Shown here piece after piece: positions 45,335 through 53,816 of a stretch of 64,000 bases of DNA (position 1 is the first letter of the stretch; the number at the start of each line of letters is the position of its first letter). Where the stretch lies: IMG/VR virus record IMGVR_UViG_3300028625_000001, positions 50,725 to 114,724 of that record. One strand, given 5' to 3'. Under the pieces are notes generated by a model. The model was not told where the DNA came from and searched no databases. It was given only the letters and a program-made list of their open reading frames with translations. Position numbers and translations under genes: made by a program. This DNA comes from a virus.

Positions 45335-45497
45335 TTGACTATCTTCTTTTGACTGTCTTCTTGGCTATTGACTGTCTAGTTCTTGACTGTCTTTTTTTTT
45401 GACAGTTCCTTCTTTTGACTTTTGACTGTTTGTTCTTTTGACTGTTTGTTCTTAGACAGTCTTTTGTCTTGTCTTTTGACGGTTCTTTTTGACTGTC
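45335..45497 (+). repeat. Array of 10 direct TTGAC(T/A/G)NT(C/T) motifs (iteron-like)
   Basis: Copies start at 45335, 45349, 45368, 45383, 45399, 45415, 45422, 45438, 45476 and 45489. The consensus is TTGACTGTC and spacing is mostly 14-19 bp. Confidence 0.8.
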
Positions 45498-45530
45498 TTT
45501 GTTTTAGTTCGTTTTGTCAACTTTTGGCTA

Positions 45531-45626
45531 GGTTCTTAAAGAGACTAAAGACGAACAAGATCTTAGTGAGTCTTTAGGATCTTTAAGAACCGTAAGATCT
45601 TGTTCTTTAAGATCTTGTCTAAGATC
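45531..45626. promoter_or_regulatory. Cluster of AAGATCTT palindromes (5 GATC sites) bracketed by an 11-bp inverted repeat
   Basis: GATC at 45559, 45578, 45596, 45611 and 45623. GGTTCTTAAAG (45531-45541) pairs with CTTTAAGAACC (45581-45591). Confidence 0.75.
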
Positions 45627-45762
45627 TTGGTATGTTTTATTTAGTTATAACCCTTCCTTATATGGTTTCCCTTGCAAGGGGACTGGCCGCCGCACGGCAT
45701 ATTTGCCATTTGCTGCTATAACTGTTTATAAAAGCCAAAAAGGATTAAATTTACTGTATGAC

Positions 45763-45791
45763 TTGACAGATTACAACTGATGTGTTAGCAT
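45763..45791 (+). promoter_or_regulatory. Rightward sigma70-type promoter
   Basis: CTTGACAGATT...; -35 TTGACA (45763-45768), 17-nt spacer, TGT-TAGCAT extended -10 (45786-45791). It shares the 11-mer CTTGACAGATT with the leftward promoter. Confidence 0.65.
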
Positions 45792-45836
45792 CGTTTTGTG
45801 TTGCTAAGGCAAAAAACTAAAGTTAGGAGGCCCGTT

Positions 45837-48791
45837 TTGTTTGTTTCCCTGCATAACCACAGTGAATATTCAGCACAAGACGCCGTTCCGAAGATAAAAG
45901 AGTATGTTGAGGCAGCCGAAAGGCTAGGCATTGACGCATTGACTATCAACGATCACGGAACGATGGCTGGTATGTACGACCTTTTGGGTCTTCAACCGCA
46001 AACAAAAGTCAAACTTATTCCCGGAGTTGAGGCTTATGCTTACATTGGAGAGGCCAGTAGGAAGTCGATCGGTCATGTCACTTTGACGGCGCCTAACCAG
46101 AGAGCCTACGAACAACTTATCGAATTACATGCAGAAGCATCGAAGACTGTGTTTAACGGTTCTCCCGCTTTAGATATGCACCTTTTGCTCGAAGACAGGT
46201 TTAGAGAGATTATTGTTTCCACAGCCTGTATGAAGTCTATCTTCCTGATCGACGAGAGTTTGTTCCCGGCGTTTGCTGCCCGGGGCAATTTCTTCGTCGA
46301 GATCATGAACCACTACATTCCCGGAGAAGCGGAGGCCATGAACACCCTTCTTACCATGGCGACGAAACACAAAGTTCCGGTCGTGGCTACCAACGATGCT
46401 CATTACCTTCGTCCTGAAGACAGTTTGTTGCACAACAAGATAAAATCTATCGCTTACTCGAAACAGATCGAAATGGACACCAACGAACTCTGGTTAAAAG
46501 ACAGGACTTCTTTACTCAAGGCTGTTCTGGACGAGAAATGGGTCAAGAACACTGCCTTGCTTCTGGACAATTACGAACCTTTAGCCCTGCCGTCTATTCC
46601 CCCGCAGCTCCCGGTGATCCCAGGTTCAAAAGAAATCATAGATCGGGAGATCGGAATCTTTCTGGACCGGATCAACAATCCAGAAGACCAGAAGAAATAC
46701 AAGACTCGCATCAAGTATGAACGGGAACAAATTTACAAATATGGGTTCGATTCATACTTCGCCTTTTTGCATGAGCTCATCAGGGAGATGCGGACCAAGG
46801 GGATCAAGCCGGGGCATGGAAGGGGCAGCGCCGCCGGGTCTTTGCTTTCGTATGTTCTAGGCATAACGGGGATAGATCCTTTGAAATTTAATCTCCAGTT
46901 TGAAAGATTCTTGAATCCAGGAAGGATAAAGATCAAAGCCGACGGTTCAATTGCGGCAAAAGACTTTCCTGACATCGACCTGGACATTCCCGACGACAGA
47001 AGGGTGGAAGTTTTTGAGATGTTCAAACAGAAGTTCGGGGAAGCCAACGTCTCAAGAGTGGGGACCGTTATCAAATATCAGCCTAAGCTGGCGCTTAGAG
47101 ACTCTTTGAGATATTTCGGCATCAGTCCCGCAGAGATCAACGACCTCCTGAAGGAATGTGACCCCTTTGCCACGTCTTTTGACGAACTCATGACCCCGAA
47201 GATAAAGAGCCTTCTTAACAAATTCGACAAGGGAGAGTTGGCGCGTTCTCTCGAAGGAAAGGTGCGGACTATAGGTATCCACGCCTGTGGTGTTATAGTG
47301 TCTGAATTTACCCGGCTGTTACCAAAAAGATGGGACGCAGAATCAAAAGTTTGGGCGACTGAGTTCGATCTCGACGCCGTTCAAAACTTAAATTTCGTAA
47401 AGTTCGATATATTGGGACTTAAAGAGCTTTCAAGACGAGAGGAGATGCTTAATAATATTTTTACAATAACAGGCAAAAACCTCACTTTAAGGCTCAATGA
47501 CAAGAGAATTTACGATTTGATTTCTAAAGGGGATGTTACAGGTGCATTTCAATTAAGTAGTTACGGAATGAGGAACACGCTTAAGGCGATTAGTGTTTCT
47601 AACTTCTATGAGCTGTCCGATGCGGTAGCATTATTCCGACCCGGCACAAAAGAGTTTATAGAGCAATACGCAGAAGCCAAAAAGACTAGAAAAATCAAAC
47701 TTCTGGGTGTTAAAGAGGTAGACAGTATCATTAAGTCAACCAAAGGAGTTTTGATTTACCAGGAGCAAGTCCTTGAAATATTTGCCAACTTCGGATTTAC
47801 CTTATCAGAAGCCGACAACATCCGTAGAGCCATTGGCAAGAAAGATGCGGTGTTAATGGAGTCATTCAAAGAGAAGTTCCGCGAGAAGGTCCTGGCAAAA
47901 GGTTACGAGGTAGGGGTCGCGGATAAGGTTTGGGGATGGGTCGAAGCGTTCGCAGGGTATGGATTCAATAAGTCGCACAGTGTATGCTATGCACTACACA
48001 GCTTAAAAGACATGGTGATAAAGAAGTCTTATCCCAATATCTATTATGCGTCTTTATTGAATTACGCTACTGATGCAGAAGAACAACGCAGTTTTCTTTA
48101 TGAATGGGGGAATTTAGGGCAGATTGTTACCCCTCGATTCGATCTTTTTTCAGATAGGTTTAAGCCGCTCCCGCCCGATGAGATACTTTTTGGCTTGAAG
48201 GGTGTAAAAGGATTCTCTGAGAAGAAGGTCGAGAAAGTTATAGAGCTGGCAAAATCGATCCCGTATTTAGAGAGAAAGAGGATTAGCGAACTCAAAGATC
48301 CTTATGAGAAGGTTTCGTCTTTGATGATTGCCGGATATGGCTCGCTTCCTAAAAGTATAAAAAACATTCTTGCTACGATAGGTTTCTTCGGGCCTCCTGA
48401 ACTTATCCTGGATAAAGACTTAAAAGACTTGATGCGGGAGCAAACAGAACTCCTGGGATTTCCCGTCTCTCCCTGGAATCGTGATAGTTATGCCATGTAC
48501 CGGGCCGCCAAAGACGAGTTCGAATACCAATACGACTTCTACCCTGTATATGTGCTTAAGGAGACGAAGGGTACTTTTGGATATATATTATTGCTCAAAT
48601 TCCCTTTTGGAGGGGAGATGAAATACATGAAAGTCGACAAAGGCGTCAATTATATTCCCGGGACGTTGATCCTATGGCAGCCGAAGAAAGCACCTCATAA
48701 AGTTATGCCAAGGATCTCTATTGGTCACTCATACAATAATAATGAATGGATAAAGACTAACGAAAAAGGAGTAGAAGCATGGATGAAGTGA
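45837..48791 (+). CDS. dnaE: DNA polymerase III alpha subunit (DnaE-type, PHP domain), ~984 aa
   Basis: TTG 45837 lies 6 nt after AGGAGG (the track GTG 45798 sits at the predicted transcription start). PHP motif FVSLHNHSEYS, then GRGSAAGSLLSYVLGITGIDPL, PDIDLDIP and GYGFNKSHSVCYA. Confidence 0.9.
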   Translation: MFVSLHNHSEYSAQDAVPKIKEYVEAAERLGIDALTINDHGTMAGMYDLLGLQPQTKVKLIPGVEAYAYIGEASRKSIGHVTLTAPNQRAYEQLIELHAEASKTVFNGSPALDMHLLLEDRFREIIVSTACMKSIFLIDESLFPAFAARGNFFVEIMNHYIPGEAEAMNTLLTMATKHKVPVVATNDAHYLRPEDSLLHNKIKSIAYSKQIEMDTNELWLKDRTSLLKAVLDEKWVKNTALLLDNYEPLALPSIPPQLPVIPGSKEIIDREIGIFLDRINNPEDQKKYKTRIKYEREQIYKYGFDSYFAFLHELIREMRTKGIKPGHGRGSAAGSLLSYVLGITGIDPLKFNLQFERFLNPGRIKIKADGSIAAKDFPDIDLDIPDDRRVEVFEMFKQKFGEANVSRVGTVIKYQPKLALRDSLRYFGISPAEINDLLKECDPFATSFDELMTPKIKSLLNKFDKGELARSLEGKVRTIGIHACGVIVSEFTRLLPKRWDAESKVWATEFDLDAVQNLNFVKFDILGLKELSRREEMLNNIFTITGKNLTLRLNDKRIYDLISKGDVTGAFQLSSYGMRNTLKAISVSNFYELSDAVALFRPGTKEFIEQYAEAKKTRKIKLLGVKEVDSIIKSTKGVLIYQEQVLEIFANFGFTLSEADNIRRAIGKKDAVLMESFKEKFREKVLAKGYEVGVADKVWGWVEAFAGYGFNKSHSVCYALHSLKDMVIKKSYPNIYYASLLNYATDAEEQRSFLYEWGNLGQIVTPRFDLFSDRFKPLPPDEILFGLKGVKGFSEKKVEKVIELAKSIPYLERKRISELKDPYEKVSSLMIAGYGSLPKSIKNILATIGFFGPPELILDKDLKDLMREQTELLGFPVSPWNRDSYAMYRAAKDEFEYQYDFYPVYVLKETKGTFGYILLLKFPFGGEMKYMKVDKGVNYIPGTLILWQPKKAPHKVMPRISIGHSYNNNEWIKTNEKGVEAWMK

Positions 48792-49222
48792 AGAAAAAGT
48801 TATCAATGGAAGTCAGTGTTACTAAAAAGGTTGACGAAGACTGGTTGAAGGTAACAACCATAATTGGTGGCGAGTCGATAGAAGAGTTTGACGCAAACAT
48901 ACTGGCAATGCAGGAAAGGCTTGAGAAGATTAGAGACTTCGCGTTAGGAACTTATCAGCGTTTTCCCAATACTGCCAAAGGGCTTAAGTTATACGAACCC
49001 ATACCACAAACATCACAGGGAGAAACTGAAGATATTTCCCTATTACTCGAAGAGGTTTTTGAATTAAGGAAAAGCGCCGACTCAAAGTTCCTTGACTCAG
49101 AGGGCATAAAAAAGGTAAAATTGTTCGAGAAAAAGATCGCTGTTAAGAGGATAAGCGGAGCGGAATTACAGGAATACATAAATATACTAAAGGCAATACA
49201 GAAGGAAATTCCCCTGGAGTAA
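48779..49222 (+). CDS. Hypothetical protein, 147 aa
   Basis: AAGGAG SD; overlaps the dnaE 3' end. Confidence 0.55.
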   Translation: MDEVKKKLSMEVSVTKKVDEDWLKVTTIIGGESIEEFDANILAMQERLEKIRDFALGTYQRFPNTAKGLKLYEPIPQTSQGETEDISLLLEEVFELRKSADSKFLDSEGIKKVKLFEKKIAVKRISGAELQEYINILKAIQKEIPLE

Positions 49223-49224
49223 TA

Positions 49225-49692
49225 ATGGTTAATTCTTATCGCAAGGGATACCGCGGCGAGAACCAACTTGTTCACATCTTCAAGGAGAGCGGGATAGAAG
49301 CGAAGAGAGTACCGATGAGCGGGGGGACACAATTTGCCAAAGGAGACATCCACATATCTCATAACGGCAAGGTTTTGAAGGTTGAAGTAAAAATCAGGAA
49401 AGACGCTTTTAAACTTTTGTATGCCTTAATTGATGTTAACAAGCATAACACGATATTAGTACGGCAAGATAACGAACTAACCCTTATCCTTATGAGATTG
49501 ACTGATTTTATTGAGTTCTTATGTGGGGGAATTACTCTTCAAGAGCTTCAAGAGATAGAACCAATAAATTTCAAGAGAGGCTTGAAGAAAGTCTACGAAT
49601 ATCTTGAGGGCAACGATATATTGATCGTCAAGGCAAATAGACGGGAGTATCTTGTTTTGACTCCCTGCAATCATTGGGTAAATCTACTATAG
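49225..49692 (+). CDS. Hjc-type (archaeal-like) Holliday junction resolvase, 155 aa
   Basis: YRKGYRGENQLVHIFKESGIEAKRVPMSGG...GDIHIS...LKVEVKIRKD is collinear with Hjc (YRKG..aE..L......G....R.aGS...DlvA....l.IEVK..K). Confidence 0.65.
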   Translation: MVNSYRKGYRGENQLVHIFKESGIEAKRVPMSGGTQFAKGDIHISHNGKVLKVEVKIRKDAFKLLYALIDVNKHNTILVRQDNELTLILMRLTDFIEFLCGGITLQELQEIEPINFKRGLKKVYEYLEGNDILIVKANRREYLVLTPCNHWVNLL

Positions 49693-49702
49693 GAGGCTTT
49701 GT

Positions 49703-50023
49703 ATGAAGGTGTTTTTTCCGTCTAGCAATTGTGTTGTTATTGCAAGGGCCGACAATGAAGAGGGAATTAGAAGCTTCTGTGCGAACGAAGAAGTTTTTAG
49801 TGTCTTGCCGGAGGACGAGTATTATATCTTTGTCCTGGGGAACGTTTCGGTTCTTGAGAGTGGGTTTATGCCAGTAAGTGAAGCAAAAGTCGTTAACGTA
49901 ATTGAAGAGGGGGGCAAGCAATTCGTTATTCCGATAGCCTCGAAGGTGCTTGACCTTCGCCGCTGGGCAATCAGAGAGCGAACGCTCGCCCAAGACTATA
50001 TGGATGTTCCGTCCAGCAATTGA
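49703..50023 (+). CDS. Hypothetical protein, 106 aa
   Basis: TAGGAGG SD. Converges on and overlaps the ruvB-like 3' end by 53 nt. Confidence 0.5.
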   Translation: MKVFFPSSNCVVIARADNEEGIRSFCANEEVFSVLPEDEYYIFVLGNVSVLESGFMPVSEAKVVNVIEEGGKQFVIPIASKVLDLRRWAIRERTLAQDYMDVPSSN

Positions 50024-50888
50024 TGTTTGCTACCGACTGACCGATCAGATACTTTATAGAGTCTTCAGTCATCGAGTCAGTCAGTTCTAGTGTCCTCAAA
50101 CCCCATTCCGTTATCTGCCTGCCTCTGGGGGTCGACACGATGAATCCTTGTCTTAAGAGATAGGGTTCAACATCGATCTCCAGAGTGCTTCTTTTTTCAT
50201 TCACTATCCCGGAGATCCTGCTGACTCCCATCGGTTTGCCGTGGGCTATAGCTTTCAGGTATGCCCGGCTTCTTCTATCGATTCCTAAGACGTTTGTACT
50301 CATCATCAGAATCGATTGGATCTTTTTTTCGAGCGTAGCTTGTTCGAGGGCAAGCGTTCTTAATATCTTTGCCGCCGCTAAGATCTTCCTGGGAACTAAT
50401 TGACCTATATGGACGGCGAACCAGGCTAACTCATTGTCCGACGTCTCCTTCAAAGCTATATTTACCAACTCGATTAGGGAGTAAGACTCTAATTCGAGAG
50501 TAACCGTAAACCTATTTCTTAACGGCTCTTTTAATAGATCAAGATCGGTTGTGGCGCCGATAAACAGGTTCCTTCCGGTATCCAGGTGCTTATATAGCTT
50601 CTCTTGACTGTCGAGGGGGATTAAGTGAATTTCATCTATAAATATTACACCTTCTACCCCATTTTGCAAAGCAATAACCAGACTGTCGATATCGCTTCCA
50701 AGACATTCGATGGTTTCCATTTCCAATTGACGTGCAAAATAATACGCTAGGTTTGTCTTTCCGTGCCCAGAAGGACCTAGGAGCATCAAATGGAGTCTAT
50801 TTTCAATTGCTCCGGCGGACAGTCTGTCCAGGAGTAGTCGGTTGTTTTGCTGACCGATAACGGTGATGGTTGACATATCGACGGACAT
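49971..50888 (-). CDS. ruvB: RuvB-like AAA+ Holliday junction branch-migration ATPase, 305 aa
   Basis: LLGPSGHGKTNLA (Walker A), IFIDEIHL, sensor RNRF and C-terminal winged helix VEPYLLRQGFIVSTPRGRQIT. Confidence 0.8.
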   Translation of the reverse strand: MSVDMSTITVIGQQNNRLLLDRLSAGAIENRLHLMLLGPSGHGKTNLAYYFARQLEMETIECLGSDIDSLVIALQNGVEGVIFIDEIHLIPLDSQEKLYKHLDTGRNLFIGATTDLDLLKEPLRNRFTVTLELESYSLIELVNIALKETSDNELAWFAVHIGQLVPRKILAAAKILRTLALEQATLEKKIQSILMMSTNVLGIDRRSRAYLKAIAHGKPMGVSRISGIVNEKRSTLEIDVEPYLLRQGFIVSTPRGRQITEWGLRTLELTDSMTEDSIKYLIGQSVANINCWTEHPYSLGRAFAL

Positions 50889-50890
50889 TA

Positions 50891-51676
50891 TTATTCACCA
50901 AACACATGGGCGACCGCCTTTATCCTATCCGACATGTCGGCGTGGACATATCGCTCCGTCACCTTCACATCTTGATGTCCCAAAAGGTCTTTGATGGTGA
51001 AGACGCTTATGTTTGCCTTCACCATTTGGGTGGCGTATGTATGACGTATCATATGCGGGTGAATATGGACCCCCATCTTCTTCCCGGCGCGGAGGAGCGC
51101 TATCCTATATGCGTCGTAGTTGGTCGAAAAGATATTTCCTTCCCGACCAAAGGCAACCTCTTTGAGTTCTACCCATATTTCCTTTGGAACCGGGACCATT
51201 CGGTCCATTCTCGTCTTCGTGTTCCTGATATTGATGTAATACCCATTTTCGTCTTTCATCAAGTCTCGCCCGCGCAACTTCAGGGCTTCCCCTATCCTTG
51301 CTCCACTAAAGAATAGTAATTTAGTCAGCAACTGATGTTGTCCCGATAGAAGGTTCAATAGAGTCTCTATCTGTTTTCGAGAAAGAGCCTCAATTGCCCG
51401 GCTATCTTCCTTCAATCTCTTGAAAGCGACGGCTTTCCCCTGGAATTTCCCTATTTCTACCACGGTCGAGGCTTCTCTATTCAAGGTCGAGGCCGATATA
51501 ATCCCTTTTTTGTACCTTTCCCACAGCCCGGAAAGCAACACATCCGCGTCTAAGGAATCGACATTTTCAATCACGGGGAGAAGACCGTTCATCCTTCGTA
51601 ATACTGTAGAGTATGACCAACCCTTAGCTCGTTGGACTTTTTCCATAACTTCCCTTAACGCTGCAAGTTTATCCAT
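50891..51676 (-). CDS. Tyrosine recombinase/integrase (XerC/D-like), 261 aa
   Basis: ATG 51676 lies 9 nt after AGAGGAGG and overlaps the upstream TAA (TAATG). Catalytic pattern: ARIGEAL (R), HPHMIRHTYAT (HxxR), LLGHQD (H) and TERYVH (Y). Confidence 0.85.
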   Translation of the reverse strand: MDKLAALREVMEKVQRAKGWSYSTVLRRMNGLLPVIENVDSLDADVLLSGLWERYKKGIISASTLNREASTVVEIGKFQGKAVAFKRLKEDSRAIEALSRKQIETLLNLLSGQHQLLTKLLFFSGARIGEALKLRGRDLMKDENGYYINIRNTKTRMDRMVPVPKEIWVELKEVAFGREGNIFSTNYDAYRIALLRAGKKMGVHIHPHMIRHTYATQMVKANISVFTIKDLLGHQDVKVTERYVHADMSDRIKAVAHVFGE

Positions 51677-51909
51677 TACATCCAACCTCCTCTAAAAAAC
51701 ATTTCAATTTTGTTTATGGCTAAAAGTAGACTATCTACATCTATTATAACCCCTAGTGGGTCTGACAGATAAGGATAGCCGCTAATGTCGTAGATATACC
51801 AGACATTTCCAACTTGCCCAACGGTGTAATTTGGCCTATGCTTTTTTAAGTTGTATTCAAGTACATGTTGCACTTCAGACATTGAAAAGTAAATATAAAC
51901 CACTCCCAT
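51676..51909 (-). CDS. Hypothetical protein, 77 aa
   Basis: ORF immediately upstream of the recombinase. No clear SD. Confidence 0.4.
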   Translation of the reverse strand: MGVVYIYFSMSEVQHVLEYNLKKHRPNYTVGQVGNVWYIYDISGYPYLSDPLGVIIDVDSLLLAINKIEMFFRGGWM

Positions 51910-51956
51910 CAATGTTAGGCTTTAAGTGATGATAATACAGAAAGGAGGCGAAACAG

Positions 51957-52628
51957 ATGATTGTTTTAGAGAATGTCAGCGTACTAGCCAAGCGATATCA
52001 CATACCCGAAGAAGAGATAAAGAGGATTTTTGATCTAAATAAGGTCCTGATCCATAGGATAGGCCGATCAATAGATAATCTCATGGTCAAGATCCCTGAT
52101 GCCGAAGACGCTCTCGTTAAGCACGCCGCCATGATTTGCGGCCCTGAATACTATATTAGAAGCGTTGGCTATGAGCATATCGATCTTGAGGAATATAAGC
52201 AATCGCTCCGATTGCTCGACGGGATATCTAAGACCGTTATTAAACACTCTCTTCTCTCTTCGATAGGGAAGGTGCTTGGGGACTATGAGTGCGAATTATG
52301 GCTCACCTCCGGCGGGCCCCTCTTCTACTTCTACAGGAACGAAGAAGGTTTTGTCGTGTCTGACTTGTTTGCTTTAATCTCCCGGCTCCCCGACGACATC
52401 AAGGAGTATATCAAAAACATCCTGGAAAAAGAGGTCGGGCAGCTCTTTACTCTTATGCGACGTCCGATAGTCGTTCTGAATGATGACAGTATCATAGTCA
52501 GGTATTTTAGGGAAACGACTATTCGGGAGCGCTGGTTTGTCAAAGACCTTGTGTACAATATAATATACGACCATCTAAACACAGGGATTAAATCAGAGTT
52601 CAAAAACGACACTACGATTGAGGAATAG
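51957..52628 (+). CDS. Hypothetical protein, 223 aa
   Basis: AAAGGAGG SD. It is the lone plus-strand gene in a minus-strand region. Confidence 0.6.
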   Translation: MIVLENVSVLAKRYHIPEEEIKRIFDLNKVLIHRIGRSIDNLMVKIPDAEDALVKHAAMICGPEYYIRSVGYEHIDLEEYKQSLRLLDGISKTVIKHSLLSSIGKVLGDYECELWLTSGGPLFYFYRNEEGFVVSDLFALISRLPDDIKEYIKNILEKEVGQLFTLMRRPIVVLNDDSIIVRYFRETTIRERWFVKDLVYNIIYDHLNTGIKSEFKNDTTIEE

Positions 52629-53238
52629 ACTCCATTAGCTTTGTGTATAACTCTTTTAATGTCAAGGGGTCTGTAGTTATCGAACGGGTTAGGTATAACA
52701 TTTCTTCGACTGTAAAGTCTCCTTGTCTGACCCGGATTAGAAACGAGTTTTTCCATTGAGAAAACCTGGTGGCTATCCCCAGTTCTTTTTTTATCATAGT
52801 AGACACTACGTGTCCATTCTTAGGGAATAGGCTGTCTAGGTTTTCTTCTCTTTGGAAGGTCATATACCAGCGCATTGCCTCCGGTAATAGGATCTTTTGA
52901 TCTCCCACGATCAAGGAATTTTCTTCTTTGTTGTAGTGTTCCCATCGTAGTTCTTGGAGATCGCACTTATCCAAGCCGATATTGAAGGCAAGAGCGACGG
53001 ATGGGATCATATACTCTCTTCCGCTCTCTTCTAGTAACTCTATGGCCTTGTGAAACGTTTCCGGCGGCAATCCATTCTTTGCCGAAACGACCGTATCCTC
53101 CGCCAGATCGCTTATCCTTGACTTAACCACAGTCCAGGTCAAGTCTTTAATCAACCCTCTCTCTTTTGCATAGTCTAAGAGGTATAAGACTTTCTGGACC
53201 TCTTCAGTTGAGACTTTATTATGGTACAACTTTGGCAT
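52612..53238 (-). CDS. Hypothetical protein with a degenerate tyrosine-recombinase-like segment, 208 aa
   Basis: GGAGGAG SD. VALAFNIGLDKCDLQELRWEHYNKEENSLIV resembles the recombinase box-I region (L..TG.R..EL..L.W.D.D) but lacks the Arg, and I found no HxxR/Y. Confidence 0.5.
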   Translation of the reverse strand: MPKLYHNKVSTEEVQKVLYLLDYAKERGLIKDLTWTVVKSRISDLAEDTVVSAKNGLPPETFHKAIELLEESGREYMIPSVALAFNIGLDKCDLQELRWEHYNKEENSLIVGDQKILLPEAMRWYMTFQREENLDSLFPKNGHVVSTMIKKELGIATRFSQWKNSFLIRVRQGDFTVEEMLYLTRSITTDPLTLKELYTKLMESIPQS

Positions 53239-53259
53239 TGAGACTCCTCCTTTCGATCA

Positions 53260-53287
53260 AACATAACATATTAGACTTTTTTGTCAA
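53260..53287 (-). promoter_or_regulatory. Candidate sigma70-type promoter
   Basis: On the minus strand: TTGACA (53287-53282), 16-nt spacer, TGT-TATGTT (-10 at 53265-53260). The predicted start is a few nt upstream of the GGAGGAG SD. Confidence 0.4.
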
Positions 53288-53298
53288 GTCTCTAATAG

Positions 53299-53322
53299 GA
53301 GCCCCGACAATCGTCGGAGCTC
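53299..53322 (-). promoter_or_regulatory. Intergenic stem-loop (no U-tract)
   Basis: 10-bp stem GAGCCCCGAC/GTCGGAGCTC. Its single non-Watson-Crick position is G-U only in the minus-sense RNA. Confidence 0.55.
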
Positions 53323-53332
53323 TTATAGATGT

Positions 53333-53587
53333 TTAGTAGATCTTTCCAAATTGCTCATATAGCCACATCAAAACGGCTATACGGTCATAATCTTCCCAAT
53401 CATAGACTCTCTCTTTTATTTCCTCATGTTCCTTTAACCACTTTTTAGGGATCATTTCGCGGGCTTCGCCCCAGAGATCTTCTTTATCCAAGACGGTCAT
53501 GATGGGCGCTTCAAGATCAGTCTCAGGTCCCCAATTCTCTCTTTCTTTCTTAATCTTCTCAATTAACTGACTTTTAGTTAAAGCCAT
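53333..53587 (-). CDS. Hypothetical protein, 84 aa
   Basis: GGGAGGTTAAGG SD. Confidence 0.6.
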   Translation of the reverse strand: MALTKSQLIEKIKKERENWGPETDLEAPIMTVLDKEDLWGEAREMIPKKWLKEHEEIKERVYDWEDYDRIAVLMWLYEQFGKIY

Positions 53588-53589
53588 CC

Positions 53590-53802
53590 TTAACCTCCCA
53601 CTTTAGACTTCTCACCCATAACGCTTATTACATGGTTTTTCTTATTGATTATAGCCGTGATCTTTTCTTTTCCGCCGCGAACGGTAATCATTTTCTGTTT
53701 ACGGTTCAAGTTTATAGCATTTGTCAGGATACAGGGCTTACCCTCGAAGTAAACCCCGTCCCCGATCTTTGCCGTCCAGTAATTTACAGTGAAGTCACTC
53801 AT
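53590..53802 (-). CDS. Hypothetical protein, 70 aa
   Basis: AAAGGAGGAGG SD. Confidence 0.6.
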   Translation of the reverse strand: MSDFTVNYWTAKIGDGVYFEGKPCILTNAINLNRKQKMITVRGGKEKITAIINKKNHVISVMGEKSKVGG

Positions 53803-53816
53803 CCAACCTCCTCCTT

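Noticed and set aside
44901-45402. Five small ORFs in the non-coding hub (44901-45134, 44920-45177, 44950-45141, 44990-45187, 45196-45402)
   Set aside because: Their translations are Pro/Ser/Leu/Phe or Gly/Lys/Glu low-complexity products of the polypyrimidine tract and T-rich iteron field. They overlap each other in several frames and lack convincing SDs.
45335-45497. TTGACTGTC array as a CRISPR array
   Set aside because: The repeat unit is only 9 bp with 5-10 bp between copies, the copies are degenerate, and there are no spacer-sized unique segments or cas genes.
45837-48791. Inteins or introns in dnaE, nrdD or dnaB
   Set aside because: Protein lengths are at or below the family norm and the conserved motifs follow each other without inserted blocks.
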